From a bacterium HR11 (lineage in GTDB: Bacteria > Acidobacteriota > HRBIN11), in NCBI GenBank assembly GCA_002898535.1, contig BEHN01000003.1:192952-256951 (forward strand): a DNA stretch of 64,000 nucleotides, written 5' to 3'. Position 1 is the first letter of the stretch. Each line of letters begins with the position of its first letter. This document shows, one piece after another, positions 31,739 through 41,938 of this stretch. The notes beneath the pieces were generated by a model. It had not been told where the DNA came from, made no database searches, and saw only the letters and a list, made by a program, of their open reading frames with translations. The position numbers and the translations under genes are program-made.

Positions 31739-32024
31739 CAGAGCCGTTCGGCTGGGAGAAATGGTGCTCCCATCCGGGAAAACGATGGTCCGGCGATCTC
31801 GATTTTTCAAGCTTCCTCCGGATGAACCGGCCAGGACGGGCGGTTTATGAGGATGACGCCCGCAGGACGGCCGGTGTTCCGAGGATAGACGCCCGTCGCC
31901 CGACCGGCCCATCGGCCGACCTGCCGACTGCCCATCTGCCGAATGCTTGAAACAGCGTGCTTTCGCGGAGGTGCCCTTTCCACTCTCCATCTCACTTCTC
32001 ACCTCCCGAACCGCTCTGCTATTT
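31739..32024. mobile_element. Composite MITE-like element, copy B (inverted relative to copy A at 4302-4740), with a shorter heptamer array
   Basis: Its reverse complement aligns end-to-end with 4302-4705 (same TIRs, same internal gaagcttgaaacatcgagatcgccggaccatcgttttccc block). Confidence 0.6.
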
Positions 32025-32026
32025 GC

Positions 32027-32668
32027 CTATCTGCCCAATCCACTCTCGACAGCCTGCAAGGCCACTTCCTTTTCCCGACAGCCTTCGCATCGGCCGCAGG
32101 GCGTCGGACCGTCCCAGTAACAACTCCACGTCCGGTCGAGGGGTGCCCCCAGGTCGAGGCCCAGCCGGACGATGGCCGCCTTGGTCATATCCAGGAAAGG
32201 GAGCTCCAGGTGGGGACGGCGGCTGTACAGGCCTTCGGTGATCAGGCCGCCCAGACGGGCGAAGTAGGCGGCCGAGGCGTCCGGGAAGCGGGTCCCGTCG
32301 TGTCGGTAGTGGCCGCCGACGATGCGGGTCGCCCCGAGGACCTCGGCGTAGTAAGCGGCGATGGCGTAAAACAGCAGGTTCTTGGCCGGCAGGTATACGG
32401 GATTCGCCTCGGCCAGGTCGGCCGGAAGAGGACCGTCTTGACGCCATCCCTGGAGGTCCCGATAAAAGGGCAGGGGGACTTCCAGAAGCTCGGCTCGGGC
32501 GAGGGCCGCGATCTGGCGAGCCGCTTCCCGTTCGCCCCCGGGGCGGCCTTTGTAGTCGATGCTCAGGGGGATGGCGTTCCAGCCCTGACGGAGGGCCCAC
32601 CAGAGGGCGACCGTCGAGTCGAGCCCGCCGGAAAATAGGACGACGACCAGTTCCCGCATCTTTGGCAC
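32027..32668 (-). CDS. queC: 7-cyano-7-deazaguanine synthase
   Basis: PP-loop VVLFSGGLDSTV and C-terminal zinc site CGRCEGCREK. Confidence 0.85.
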   Translation of the reverse strand: MPKMRELVVVLFSGGLDSTVALWWALRQGWNAIPLSIDYKGRPGGEREAARQIAALARAELLEVPLPFYRDLQGWRQDGPLPADLAEANPVYLPAKNLLFYAIAAYYAEVLGATRIVGGHYRHDGTRFPDASAAYFARLGGLITEGLYSRRPHLELPFLDMTKAAIVRLGLDLGAPLDRTWSCYWDGPTPCGRCEGCREKEVALQAVESGLGR

Positions 32669-32835
32669 CTACTTAGCACCGGGTGATCGGCGTTGGGTCT
32701 TGAGTGGGGGGCCACCGACGCCAGACCTCCGACGATAGACCCGACCGCACCGCGTCATCGGCAAACCTCGTCTCAAGATGGAGCGAATCCACCTCTAAGA
32801 CAGGTCTATAGTCCATGGTCTTTAGTCTCTTTCCC

Positions 32836-35628
32836 TCAGAAAGGCAACAGCAAAGCGATGTATGCCCGGCGCCGGCGCTGGCCCCCGACCTCGACGGCCC
32901 AGCCGACCCGGCCGGTCGCCCGAAGGCCGGCGGCGCTCACGTGGAGACGGACCTCGGCGCCGACGGCGTGGACCGTCTGAGACGAGCCGGCCCCGCCATA
33001 AAACGGCGTGAAATGGGCGCCGTCATAAAACACGGCCACGCTGAGCCGCTCCATGAATAGGGGGAACAGGCCCAAACTCCGTTGGATTTCATATACGGGC
33101 CATCGGTACTCGACGTTCCAGACGAGGCCCCGCCGGACGAGGACCGGCTCGACGCGAGCCCGGACGGGTCCGAGGTCGTCGGATTCAAGGCCCAGCGTGA
33201 GGGCCTCGGGTTCGGGTCCCGTCGAGAAGGCGCCCGTCAGCCGCAGGGCCAGGACATGGTGACGCCGCCACCCCGGGGCATACCACCGGAAGTCGCCGCC
33301 CAGGGTCACGAACCGCCGGCCCCGGAAGCCCCAGCGGCCCCACCCGATGGCCGTCCATCCGTCTTCGGGGCTGACCGAATAGGGGAAGCTTAGGGCGCGG
33401 GAGTAAACCAGCGTCCACAGAACGGACCACCGGTCCCGAAGCTTCCGGAAGCGGCCCGTCCGGTCGACCGTCCACAGAGGCTCGTACCGAAGTCCGACGG
33501 ACCCGGCGGCTACAGCGCGCGTGCGTCGCCAGGGGACTTGCAGGGTCGTTTCGTAAGTGTCCGTGGCCAGAGAGACGCCCTCCCGAAACGGTGCGATTTC
33601 CCGTCGGGCCCGCAGGGCCAGGGTCGGATACCATCGGTCCCAGCGGTATAGGACGTCGTAGCGGACGAGACGGTCGTCGAGGCCATAGTCGATGACGGCC
33701 TGATAGGACGAGTAGCCCCAGCGGTCGGCTCCGAGCAGGGCGATGCCGACGCGCCGGCTCGATTCGTCGGACAGCACGACGGGGAACCACGTGAAGGGCC
33801 GTACGACGGGGAAGGCCGGGGACCGGCGGTTTTGACGAATCTCCGGCGGCGGGGGCGTCGGGGTGTGCGCTTCCGGGGGGCGGAGAGCGCACTGATCCTG
33901 CGGGGCTTCCGGGGATTCCGGGCTCGGTCGGTCTCCGACCCGGAGCATCTCGGCCGGGTCTGAAGGCTTCGGACGCAGGATAGCGTTGAAATCGCCCGGG
34001 AGGGGCACGCGGGCGGGATGGTAACCGTCGGCCGCATAGACGGCCACGAAAAGGGCGTCGGGCGTCAGCCACGGCGACCGGAAGCCGGCGCCGGACAGGG
34101 CCACCCACGCCGTCCGGCCGGCCCCCGGGTCCCAGGCCCATACCTCCAGCTTGCCTGCGTAGTCGGCCACAAACAGAAGCCATCGTCCGTCAGGCGACCA
34201 GGCGGGGTCCATCTTGCGGGCCCGGTCCCGGAGCCATTCGGCCTCCCGGCGGCCGTCGGCCGTCCACAGCTCGAGGGCCCATGTGGCATCGGGATGATGG
34301 GCGACGACGACAAAGGTCGGACTCCTGCCGGGCCGCCATCGGGGCTGGCTCCACCGGACGGTCGGGTCGCGAGCCAGGACCCGAAGCGAGCCGTCGGGTT
34401 CGAGGACGACCAGAGCCGTGCTCCCGCCGTCTTCATGACGGACGGCCGCGATGCGGCCCTCGGGGTCGACGTCCGGGTCCTTCAGGCGCAGGCCGACTTT
34501 CAGCCACGCCCGCCGGCCCGTCCGGGGGTCGACCCGGACGAGGCCGCTTCGAAGCCAGAACGAACGTCGCCATTCCAGGACGCTCGCCACGATGCGGCCC
34601 TGGGGGTCGACCCCAAACTGGCCGGCGGGGACGCCTTCCAGGACCCGCCGGGTCCGACCCGCTCGGGGATCGCTACAGAAAATGCCGGGAAACTCATGGG
34701 CCCGTTCGTTGACATAACAGACTTCGTCGCCGACCGTCCGGAGACCCGATAGGAAGTACCCCCGGCGGGCGACGATTTCCGGACGGCCGCTACCGGAGTC
34801 CCCGAGGGGTTCTGGCGAGAGTCGGGCCCAACGGGTCCAGAGACGACTGAACCGGTCGCCCAGATAGCGGGCCTCCCGGCCGTCGAGGAAAAAGGGCCAC
34901 AGGGACTCGTTTTTGGCCCGTATCGCCGACCAGAACGTGTCGGGGTGATCTCGGTACAGTTGATTGAGGAAAGCGGCCCCGAAGTGATAGGCCGTCAGGC
35001 CGGCCGGCCAGGGGGCCCGGGCGAGCCAGGCCTGGTCGGGTCCCGGAAATGCCTGCGCATGGCGGGCGACCGACTCCATCATGTGGGTTTCGGCGCTACA
35101 AGCTCGGCCGCCCCGGGTCCATCGAGTTTCCTCGAACGTGGCGAGGCCCTCCGTGAACCAGTCGGGGGCCAGGAGGTTGGGGAACAGCAGGGGCGACCGA
35201 CCGAACACAAAACGCAGGCCCCGGTACAGGGGATGAGCCCGTTCCAAGTGGAACAGGTGGGTCAGTTCGTGGACGAGGACGGTCTTCAGCCAGTCGTCGT
35301 AGTCGCCGATCGTCTCGGCGCTATCGGGCGGCGGCAGGAAGACGACGACCAGGCGTTCGGGGACGACCGTCGTGAAGCCGTTGGCGACGTCCGCATGGTC
35401 GGTCAGGATGAGCCGAATTCGGCCGGGGCGGTCGCCGAAGTCGCCGGCCAAGCGCTCGTAGGCCCATTCGGCCCAGGCGGCGGCCCGCTCGGCGGCGGCG
35501 TTCATCCCCTCGGGGTAGAAGACCGAAAAGTGGGGCGTCTCCAGACGCCACCACCGGATACCGGGCGGAAACAGCGTGGCCGCCGAGGCGCTCGGACCGA
35601 AGGCAAGGTACAGGACGAAGAAGTACAA
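32836..35628 (-). CDS. Outer-membrane protein: N-terminal HExxH zincin-like domain, TolB/PD40-like beta-propeller, C-terminal beta-barrel ending in Phe (start uncertain, TTG inside a family-1 repeat core)
   Basis: VLVHELTHLFH...WFTEGLATFEE (HExxH...E), PD40-like AWSPDGRWLLFVADYAGKLEVWAWD, C-terminal alternating strands ...AYIALLLPF. Signal peptide YFFVLYLAFGPSASAA. Confidence 0.55.
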   Translation of the reverse strand: MYFFVLYLAFGPSASAATLFPPGIRWWRLETPHFSVFYPEGMNAAAERAAAWAEWAYERLAGDFGDRPGRIRLILTDHADVANGFTTVVPERLVVVFLPPPDSAETIGDYDDWLKTVLVHELTHLFHLERAHPLYRGLRFVFGRSPLLFPNLLAPDWFTEGLATFEETRWTRGGRACSAETHMMESVARHAQAFPGPDQAWLARAPWPAGLTAYHFGAAFLNQLYRDHPDTFWSAIRAKNESLWPFFLDGREARYLGDRFSRLWTRWARLSPEPLGDSGSGRPEIVARRGYFLSGLRTVGDEVCYVNERAHEFPGIFCSDPRAGRTRRVLEGVPAGQFGVDPQGRIVASVLEWRRSFWLRSGLVRVDPRTGRRAWLKVGLRLKDPDVDPEGRIAAVRHEDGGSTALVVLEPDGSLRVLARDPTVRWSQPRWRPGRSPTFVVVAHHPDATWALELWTADGRREAEWLRDRARKMDPAWSPDGRWLLFVADYAGKLEVWAWDPGAGRTAWVALSGAGFRSPWLTPDALFVAVYAADGYHPARVPLPGDFNAILRPKPSDPAEMLRVGDRPSPESPEAPQDQCALRPPEAHTPTPPPPEIRQNRRSPAFPVVRPFTWFPVVLSDESSRRVGIALLGADRWGYSSYQAVIDYGLDDRLVRYDVLYRWDRWYPTLALRARREIAPFREGVSLATDTYETTLQVPWRRTRAVAAGSVGLRYEPLWTVDRTGRFRKLRDRWSVLWTLVYSRALSFPYSVSPEDGWTAIGWGRWGFRGRRFVTLGGDFRWYAPGWRRHHVLALRLTGAFSTGPEPEALTLGLESDDLGPVRARVEPVLVRRGLVWNVEYRWPVYEIQRSLGLFPLFMERLSVAVFYDGAHFTPFYGGAGSSQTVHAVGAEVRLHVSAAGLRATGRVGWAVEVGGQRRRRAYIALLLPF

Positions 35629-35945
35629 CAGAGCCGTTCGGTTCGTGAGAATCCTGATGGACTCGAATTTTTCGACTCTTCGAGAAAGACGATTTTTCGG
35701 GCATTCGGCAGATAGGCAGGTCGGCAGGTCGGCAGATGGGCCTGGGGGAGGTGAGGTAGATACGGGATACGAGATACGGGATAGTAGAGGATACAGGATG
35801 CGAGACGCGGGATACCGGGTTCCAAGCCATCTGCCGATTATCGACCTGCCCATCTGCTGACCTGCCTGTCAGAGCCCTCCGGTTCGTGAGAATGTCGTCC
35901 GATCCATTTTTCCCGTCGCCCGGGAAGCACGATTTTTCAAGGATA
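35626..35945. repeat. Composite repeat block: family-1 cores (35626, 35870), GGCAGAT-type heptamers, and a family-3 (GATACGG/CAGGATG)n array oriented toward the OMP gene
   Basis: cagagccgttcggttcgtgagaatcc...ggcagataggcaggtcggcaggtcggcagatggg...gatacgggatacgagatacgggata... Confidence 0.55.
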
Positions 35946-36049
35946 CGGGGTGCGAGATACGGGATACAGAGAAGCTGGAAGCCTCGGTGACGACTTTTGC
36001 TCGATCCCTGGCCCTATCTGCCGACCTGCCGACTGCCCATCTGCCGTAT

Positions 36050-38641
36050 TTAGGAGACGACGAAGTTCAGCAGGCGGTTCGGGACGTAGACGACCTTTTG
36101 CACCCGACGGCCCTCGAGGTAGCGGGCCACGTTCGGATGGGATCGGGCCATCGCCTCGACCGCCGCCGGGTCGGCGTCGACGGGGACCCGGAGCGTCGCC
36201 CGGACCCGACCGTTGACCTGGACGGGGATCTCGACGACCGCCTCGAACAGGTAGTCGGGATTTTCGACGGGGAAGGCCTCCCGGAACACGGTGGTCGAAT
36301 GCCCGAGCCGGTGCCACAGTTCTTCCGCCAGGTGAGGGGCGAAGGGTGCCAGGAGTCGGGCGTACACGTGCCAGGCGTGGCGGAAGACCGGGTGGCTTCG
36401 GTCGGGGAACTCATACATGGTGTTCAAGAAGGCCATGAGTTGAGCGACGGCCGTGTTAAACCGAAATTGGGCCACGTCTTCCCGGACGGTCCGTATAGTC
36501 TGCTGGAGGCGGACATAAAACGATCGGGCTTCGCCGTCCAGGGCGGCGGGGTCGACCTCGGCCGGGGCCGTCACGGTCGGGGTCTCCAGGAAGAGCCGCC
36601 AGATGCGATTCAGGAAGTTACGGCCGCCCTCGACGATGGCGTCCGTCCACTCGAAGTCCTTCTCGGGCGGGCCGGCAAACAGGATGGCGATGCGGGCCAC
36701 GTCCGCGCCGTGCTTCTCGACGAAAGGCCCGACGGGGACGACGTTGCCCCGGGACTTACTCATCATCTCCAGGCGGGATTCCAGGGTCGTCTCGCAGACC
36801 GTGTGGAGATACGTCTCCTCGTTGACCTTTCGGGCCTCGGCCTCCTCGACGGGCCGGAGGCACTGACCGCACCACCAGAAGCGCTTGAGGACGAGGCCCT
36901 GCGTGAACAGGTGCTCGAAGGGCTCGTCGAACTGAAGCAGGCCGCCATCGTAAAGGACCTTCGTGATGAAGCGGGCATAGATGAGGTGTTTCGTAGCATG
37001 CTCGGCCCCGCCGATGTACTGGTCGACGGGCATCCAGGCATTCGCCTTGGCCGGGTCAAAGGGCGCCCGGTCGTTGTGAGCGTCGATGAAGCGCAGGAAG
37101 TACCAGGACGAATCGACGAAGGTGTCCATCGTGTCGGGGTCCCGACAGGCCGGACCGGCGCATCGGGGACACGTCGTTTCGATGAACTCCGGGACGTCCT
37201 CCAGGGGGGAGCGGCCCGTCGGCAGGAAGTTCTGGACGTTCTCCGGCAGGTAGACCGGGAGCTGGTCCTCCGGGACGGGCACGATGCCGCACCGGGAACA
37301 GTGGACGACGGGGATCGGAGCGCCCCAGTACCGCTGGCGGCTGATCAGCCAGTCCCGCAGGCGGTACGAGACGGCCGGCCCCCCTAAGCCCCGGGCCCGG
37401 AGGTCTTCTTGAATGCGGCGGATGCCCTCATCGGAGGGCAGGCCGCTGAAGGGACCCGAATGCTCCATGACGCCTTTTTCGACCCAGGCGGCGTCCATCG
37501 TCCCGGGGTCGGCCAGGGTGCCGTCGGCCGGACGGACGACGGGTCGGACGGGGAGGCCGTACTGACGGGCGAACTCAAAGTCCCGTTCGTCGTGGGCCGG
37601 GACGCCCATGACGATGCCCGTCCCGTAGGAGGCCAGGACGTAGTCGCTGACCCACAGGGGCAGGGCCTCCCCCGTGTACGGATGGACGACGCTCAGGCCC
37701 GTCGGGACGCCCGTCTTGGACCGGCCGGCGGCCGTCCGCTCGACGTCGGTCTTCTGAAGGGCCGCCTGCCGGTAGGCCTCGACGGCCGCCCGGTGGGCTC
37801 CGTCCATGTCGCCGAGGAGGGCGTCCAGGAGCTCGTGCTCGGGGGCGATCGTCAGGAAGGTCACGCCGAACAGCGTGTCGGCCCGGGTCGTGAAGACGGG
37901 CAGGCGGACGTCCGGCCGATGGGCCAGGGGGAAGTGAATCTCCGTCCCCTCCGAGCGGCCGATCCAGTTGACCTGCTGGCGGATGATGTGGTCCGGCCAC
38001 TTGCCCTCCAGCTTCCGGAGGTCCGTCAGGAGGCGGTCCGCATAGGCCGTGATGCGGAAGAACCACTGCTCCAGGGCCTTCTTAATGACCGGGGTCTTGC
38101 AACGCTCGCAGAGGCCGTTGATGACCTGCTCGTTGGCGAGGACCGTCTTGCAGTTCGGACAAAAGTTGACGTACTCGCTGGCCCGGTAGGCCAGGCCCCG
38201 GTGGTAGAGGTACAGGAACAGCCACTGGGTCCACCGATAGTAGTCGGGCCAGCAGGTCGCCAGCTCCCGGGACCAGTCGTAGGAGATGCCCAGGAGTTGC
38301 AGGTGATGACGGTAGGCGGCGATGTTCTGGTCCGTCCAGGTCTTCGGGTGGATGCCGTACTTGATGGCGGCGTTTTCAGCCGGCAGGCCAAAGGCGTCCC
38401 ACCCCATCGGGTGGAGGACGTCGTAGCCCTGCATGAGGGCCCATCGGGCGACGACGTCCCCGATGGCATAGTTCTTGAGGTGGCCCATATGGAGGTCGCC
38501 CCCCGAGGGGTAGGGGAACATCTCGAGGACGTAAAACTTGGGTCGCTGAGGTCGGTCCGGCGCCCGGTACAGGCCGATGTCCTGCCAGAAGGCCTGCCAC
38601 CGGGGTTCGACTTCGTGGAAGGGATAATACCGTTCCTCCAT
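36050..38641 (-). CDS. leuS: Leucine--tRNA ligase
   Basis: HMGH (class I HIGH), KMSKS (MMSKSRGN), CP1 editing-domain blocks. Start MEERYYPFHEVEPRWQ at 38641; the tool's 38761 start is an N-terminal overextension. Confidence 0.9.
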   Translation of the reverse strand: MEERYYPFHEVEPRWQAFWQDIGLYRAPDRPQRPKFYVLEMFPYPSGGDLHMGHLKNYAIGDVVARWALMQGYDVLHPMGWDAFGLPAENAAIKYGIHPKTWTDQNIAAYRHHLQLLGISYDWSRELATCWPDYYRWTQWLFLYLYHRGLAYRASEYVNFCPNCKTVLANEQVINGLCERCKTPVIKKALEQWFFRITAYADRLLTDLRKLEGKWPDHIIRQQVNWIGRSEGTEIHFPLAHRPDVRLPVFTTRADTLFGVTFLTIAPEHELLDALLGDMDGAHRAAVEAYRQAALQKTDVERTAAGRSKTGVPTGLSVVHPYTGEALPLWVSDYVLASYGTGIVMGVPAHDERDFEFARQYGLPVRPVVRPADGTLADPGTMDAAWVEKGVMEHSGPFSGLPSDEGIRRIQEDLRARGLGGPAVSYRLRDWLISRQRYWGAPIPVVHCSRCGIVPVPEDQLPVYLPENVQNFLPTGRSPLEDVPEFIETTCPRCAGPACRDPDTMDTFVDSSWYFLRFIDAHNDRAPFDPAKANAWMPVDQYIGGAEHATKHLIYARFITKVLYDGGLLQFDEPFEHLFTQGLVLKRFWWCGQCLRPVEEAEARKVNEETYLHTVCETTLESRLEMMSKSRGNVVPVGPFVEKHGADVARIAILFAGPPEKDFEWTDAIVEGGRNFLNRIWRLFLETPTVTAPAEVDPAALDGEARSFYVRLQQTIRTVREDVAQFRFNTAVAQLMAFLNTMYEFPDRSHPVFRHAWHVYARLLAPFAPHLAEELWHRLGHSTTVFREAFPVENPDYLFEAVVEIPVQVNGRVRATLRVPVDADPAAVEAMARSHPNVARYLEGRRVQKVVYVPNRLLNFVVS

Positions 38642-38654
38642 CGTCGGCACCGTA

Positions 38655-39536
38655 TCACCCCACTTGCTCCGGCCGGTCGGCCTCGGCGGGAAGCTCCGAC
38701 GGGGCCGGAGGGACGGGTCGGAAGTCAGGTCCGACCGAGAAGACCTGCGGCAGGGCCGCATAGGCTTCCGGCCAGTAATGCTTCAGGACCTCGACGTCGT
38801 CAAAGATTTCGGTCTGAAACCCGCCTTGCTGACTGGAAAACCAGGTTCGGGAAAGGCCCAGCCAGGGCGTCCGTTCCGCCGACTGCGGGACCAGCTCCAT
38901 TCGGATGAACTGGGGACGGTCCTTGTGGGGCATCTGGCAGAAGTCGATCCACCGCCAGGCCCACCGGGCCAGCAGGATCTGGGTCGCCAGGTAGTACCGG
39001 CGCCAGTAGGGGTAGACCATGAAGAGCGTCCCGGAGGGCTTGACGACATAGCGGGCCGCCTTCAGGAAGTCGTAGAGGCGCCCGCTGATCTCGTGCCGGG
39101 CGATGGCCCGCTCGGTCGTCGGACTGAGCTGGCCCTGCGTCGCCGGACGGTACGGCGGGTTCGTCACGACGACGTCGGCCACGCTGGCCGGCAGGTACCG
39201 CCGGATGCGCCGTACGTCCCCGTGAATCCACTGGAGGGTCTCCTTCAGACGCCACTGGTGGGCATTCCGCTTGGCCAAGCGAAGCAGAGAAGCCTGGATC
39301 TCGATGCCGATGGCCCGCCGGAGGCTCAGGTTCTGGAGCGCCAGCGTGATGAGCAGGACGCCGCACCCCGTCCCCAGGTCGACGACCGTGGCGTCCGCCG
39401 GCAGACGGACCATCTGCGCCAGCAGGACCGTATCGACCGAAAACCGATAGCCCTTGGGATTCTGGACCAGGGGCGGGATCTCCATCGGGCGGCACAGCCA
39501 CTGGGCCTGCTGAAGGACGTTCCAGTCGACCGCCAT
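38655..39536 (-). CDS. N6-adenine-specific methyltransferase, tRNA m6A37 (TrmN6/YfiC)-like small-domain methylase
   Basis: VVDLGTGCGVLLI SAM-binding motif and catalytic VVTNPPY. Confidence 0.7.
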   Translation of the reverse strand: MAVDWNVLQQAQWLCRPMEIPPLVQNPKGYRFSVDTVLLAQMVRLPADATVVDLGTGCGVLLITLALQNLSLRRAIGIEIQASLLRLAKRNAHQWRLKETLQWIHGDVRRIRRYLPASVADVVVTNPPYRPATQGQLSPTTERAIARHEISGRLYDFLKAARYVVKPSGTLFMVYPYWRRYYLATQILLARWAWRWIDFCQMPHKDRPQFIRMELVPQSAERTPWLGLSRTWFSSQQGGFQTEIFDDVEVLKHYWPEAYAALPQVFSVGPDFRPVPPAPSELPAEADRPEQVG

Positions 39537-39570
39537 GGCACCTCCCCCAGTCGGCGTCGGGCGTCCACCC

Positions 39571-39615
39571 CTGAGGTGCAGGATATAGGATGCAAGATGC
39601 GAGATACAAGATGCA
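39571..39615 (-). repeat. Family-3 (CYTGCAT)n array oriented with, and ~35 nt upstream of, the methyltransferase gene
   Basis: Minus reading catcttgcatcttgtatctcgcatcttgcatcctatatcctgcac. Confidence 0.5.
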
Positions 39616-39675
39616 AGATGCGAGTTGAACTATGGCTACGACTTCGGCAGGCCGCTCCTATCTTACATCACAGTG

Positions 39676-40770
39676 CTACTCACCCGCGCGCCAGAGGGCG
39701 ACGAGGGCTTCGACCAAAGCCGCTTGCGTCGCATACTCGGCTTGGGCGTGGACGGGCCAGCTCGCTTGAAGGAGAGCCTCTGCCGTCACCGGCCCGATGA
39801 CAGCGATCCGGCGGGTATACGGCCACCAGAGGAACTCTTCCGGCGGGTAGGCTGAACGCAGAAAGTCCAGGAAGCTTCGGAACGTGGAAGGGCTCGTGAA
39901 GGCGACCCAACGGACCCGGTCCAGCCAGGGCCGAAGCCGACGCAGGCGGTCGGCGGGGTAGGCCACGGTCCGATACAGCCGCCATTCCCAGACCTCGGCG
40001 CCCATCGACCGCAGGGCCTCGGCCAAGACGGGTCGGCCCTCGGCCCGAGCCAGGAGGACCCGACGCCCGGCCACGTCGACTTTGCGAAAAGCCTCGATGA
40101 GGCCCTCCGCTTGATAGACGTCGGACGGTACTAAGTCCGGCTCGATCCCCCACGCCCGCAGACGGTCGGCTGTGGCCGGCCCGATGGCGGCCCATCGCAG
40201 GTTCCGGAGACGGTCCGGGCCCCATCCGTGGGCTTCTGCCCAAGTCCGCAAGAAGTCCACGCCCCGGACGCTCGTCAACACGACCCAGGCGAACGTCTCC
40301 GGGGCTTGGACCCAGGCATCCGGCGGTTCGTCCCCCGCCTCGAAGGCGATCGTCGGGAAGGGGACCGTCGGGACCCCCCGGGCCTCCAGGGCCTCGCTCA
40401 TCTCCCATGCCTCCGGCCAGGGTCGCGTGACGAGGACCCAGCCCTTGTCGACGGCCGCCGGGGCGGCCCGCTCCGGCGAATCGAGGACGGTGACGTCCTC
40501 GGCCCCGACCTGCCGGAGCCGCTCGACGGCCCCGTCTGGTTCCACTGCCAGCCACAGGACCCGGTCGTAAGTCGCCAGCATGGCCGCCAGGCCGGCGGCC
40601 TCCGCCGGGGCCTCGACCCAGGGGACGTCCAGGGGGCTCCCCAGGGCCTCGACAGGCGGCGGCACCGACTCACCGATCAGGAGTCGGGCTGCTTGAAAAT
40701 AAGGCATGGCCCATGCACCCAGACGGTGCGACCGACCGTCCCATGGGACGACCCACACGCGTGCGCTCAT
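39676..40770 (-). CDS. hemD: Uroporphyrinogen-III synthase with ~110-aa N-terminal extension
   Basis: C-terminal ~250 aa show HemD two-lobe pattern (WVLVTRP..., VVLTSVRGV..., VAFTSPST...). ATG overlaps the hemC stop (ATGA). Confidence 0.65.
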   Translation of the reverse strand: MSARVWVVPWDGRSHRLGAWAMPYFQAARLLIGESVPPPVEALGSPLDVPWVEAPAEAAGLAAMLATYDRVLWLAVEPDGAVERLRQVGAEDVTVLDSPERAAPAAVDKGWVLVTRPWPEAWEMSEALEARGVPTVPFPTIAFEAGDEPPDAWVQAPETFAWVVLTSVRGVDFLRTWAEAHGWGPDRLRNLRWAAIGPATADRLRAWGIEPDLVPSDVYQAEGLIEAFRKVDVAGRRVLLARAEGRPVLAEALRSMGAEVWEWRLYRTVAYPADRLRRLRPWLDRVRWVAFTSPSTFRSFLDFLRSAYPPEEFLWWPYTRRIAVIGPVTAEALLQASWPVHAQAEYATQAALVEALVALWRAGE

Positions 40771-41699
40771 GCGTCGATTGCCTCCTGCCAGTAGCGAAAG
40801 GCCGGCTCCGCCCGAAGCCGGCGGACGACCTCGTCGGCGGCCACTTCCGGAGACGGGCCCACGGCTTCGGCCCATAGGGATCGGGTTCCGTCCTGCGTCC
40901 AGAGGCGGGCGACGACACGAATGACGTATTCGTCCCCGCCGTCTCGGACCGGCCGGGCCTCGGCGTATACCCCGGCCGGCGAATGGCACCCGCCGCCCAA
41001 GAGGCGGACGACCCGCCGCTCCGTCTGAAGGGCCAGCTCCGTGGGCCGGTCGTTGATCCGCTCGACCCACGGGCGCCACGGGCTGTCCTGTCGAATTTCA
41101 ACGACGATGACGCCCTGCCCGGCCGCCGGGACGAAGTCGGGCGGCCGCAAGACCTGCACGACCCGGTCCGACCATCCCATACGTTCCAGGCCGGCGACGG
41201 CCATGACGACGGCGTCGTACTCGCCCGCCTCCAGCTTACGGAGACGGGTATCGACGTTGCCCCGAATCGGAAGGAGCTCCAGGTCGGGCCGCCGATGACG
41301 GATCATCGCCATCCGACGGAGGCTGGACGTGCCGACGCGCGCCCCGGCGGCGATGGACTCCAACGTATCGGCCGGGCTGACCCAGGCGTCCCAAGGCTCG
41401 TCCCGAGGCAAGCAGGCCCCGATCGTGAGGCCCTCGGGCAGTTCCGTCGGCAGGTCTTTGGCCGAGTGGACGGCGACGTCGATGTCGCCCGCCAGGAGAG
41501 CCTCCTCGATTTCCTTCACGAAGACGCCCTTGACGCCCATCCCGTACAGGGGCTGATGAAAGCGGTCGCCGTGCGTGCGGATGATGACTTCTCGGGTCTC
41601 CAGGCCCAGGGCACGCAGACGCCGGGCGACCATCTCGGTCTGGCGGCGGGCCAGGGCCGATCCCCGGGTGCCGATACGAAGCATGCGTTCGGTAGACAT
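40767..41699 (-). CDS. hemC: Hydroxymethylbilane synthase (porphobilinogen deaminase)
   Basis: LRIGTRGSALARRQTEMV...dipyrromethane cofactor Cys region. Start MSTERMLRIG after GAAGGGG. Confidence 0.85.
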   Translation of the reverse strand: MSTERMLRIGTRGSALARRQTEMVARRLRALGLETREVIIRTHGDRFHQPLYGMGVKGVFVKEIEEALLAGDIDVAVHSAKDLPTELPEGLTIGACLPRDEPWDAWVSPADTLESIAAGARVGTSSLRRMAMIRHRRPDLELLPIRGNVDTRLRKLEAGEYDAVVMAVAGLERMGWSDRVVQVLRPPDFVPAAGQGVIVVEIRQDSPWRPWVERINDRPTELALQTERRVVRLLGGGCHSPAGVYAEARPVRDGGDEYVIRVVARLWTQDGTRSLWAEAVGPSPEVAADEVVRRLRAEPAFRYWQEAIDA

Positions 41700-41753
41700 C
41701 CCCTTCAGGCCCCAGGTGCCAGCCGAAGACCCCAAACCTTAGAGCTACCTCCA

Positions 41754-41852
41754 CAGGGTCGTTCGGTTCGGGAGAATGGCGCTGGATCGACCTTTCCCGG
41801 TAAGGTCGGAGAAGCCGATCCCCTCGGGATTCTCCCGGACCAAACGGCTATG
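41754..41852. repeat. Family-1 palindromic element (~100 bp)
   Basis: cagggtcgttcggttcgggagaatgg...attctcccggaccaaacggctatg. Confidence 0.55.
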
Positions 41853-41938
41853 TTCAACGAGTCAGGGTCTATAGCCTGTGGTCTGCGGTCTGGGGTCTTT
41901 CTCCTGGGACCTGGCACCTGAGACCGGGACCCACGTTC

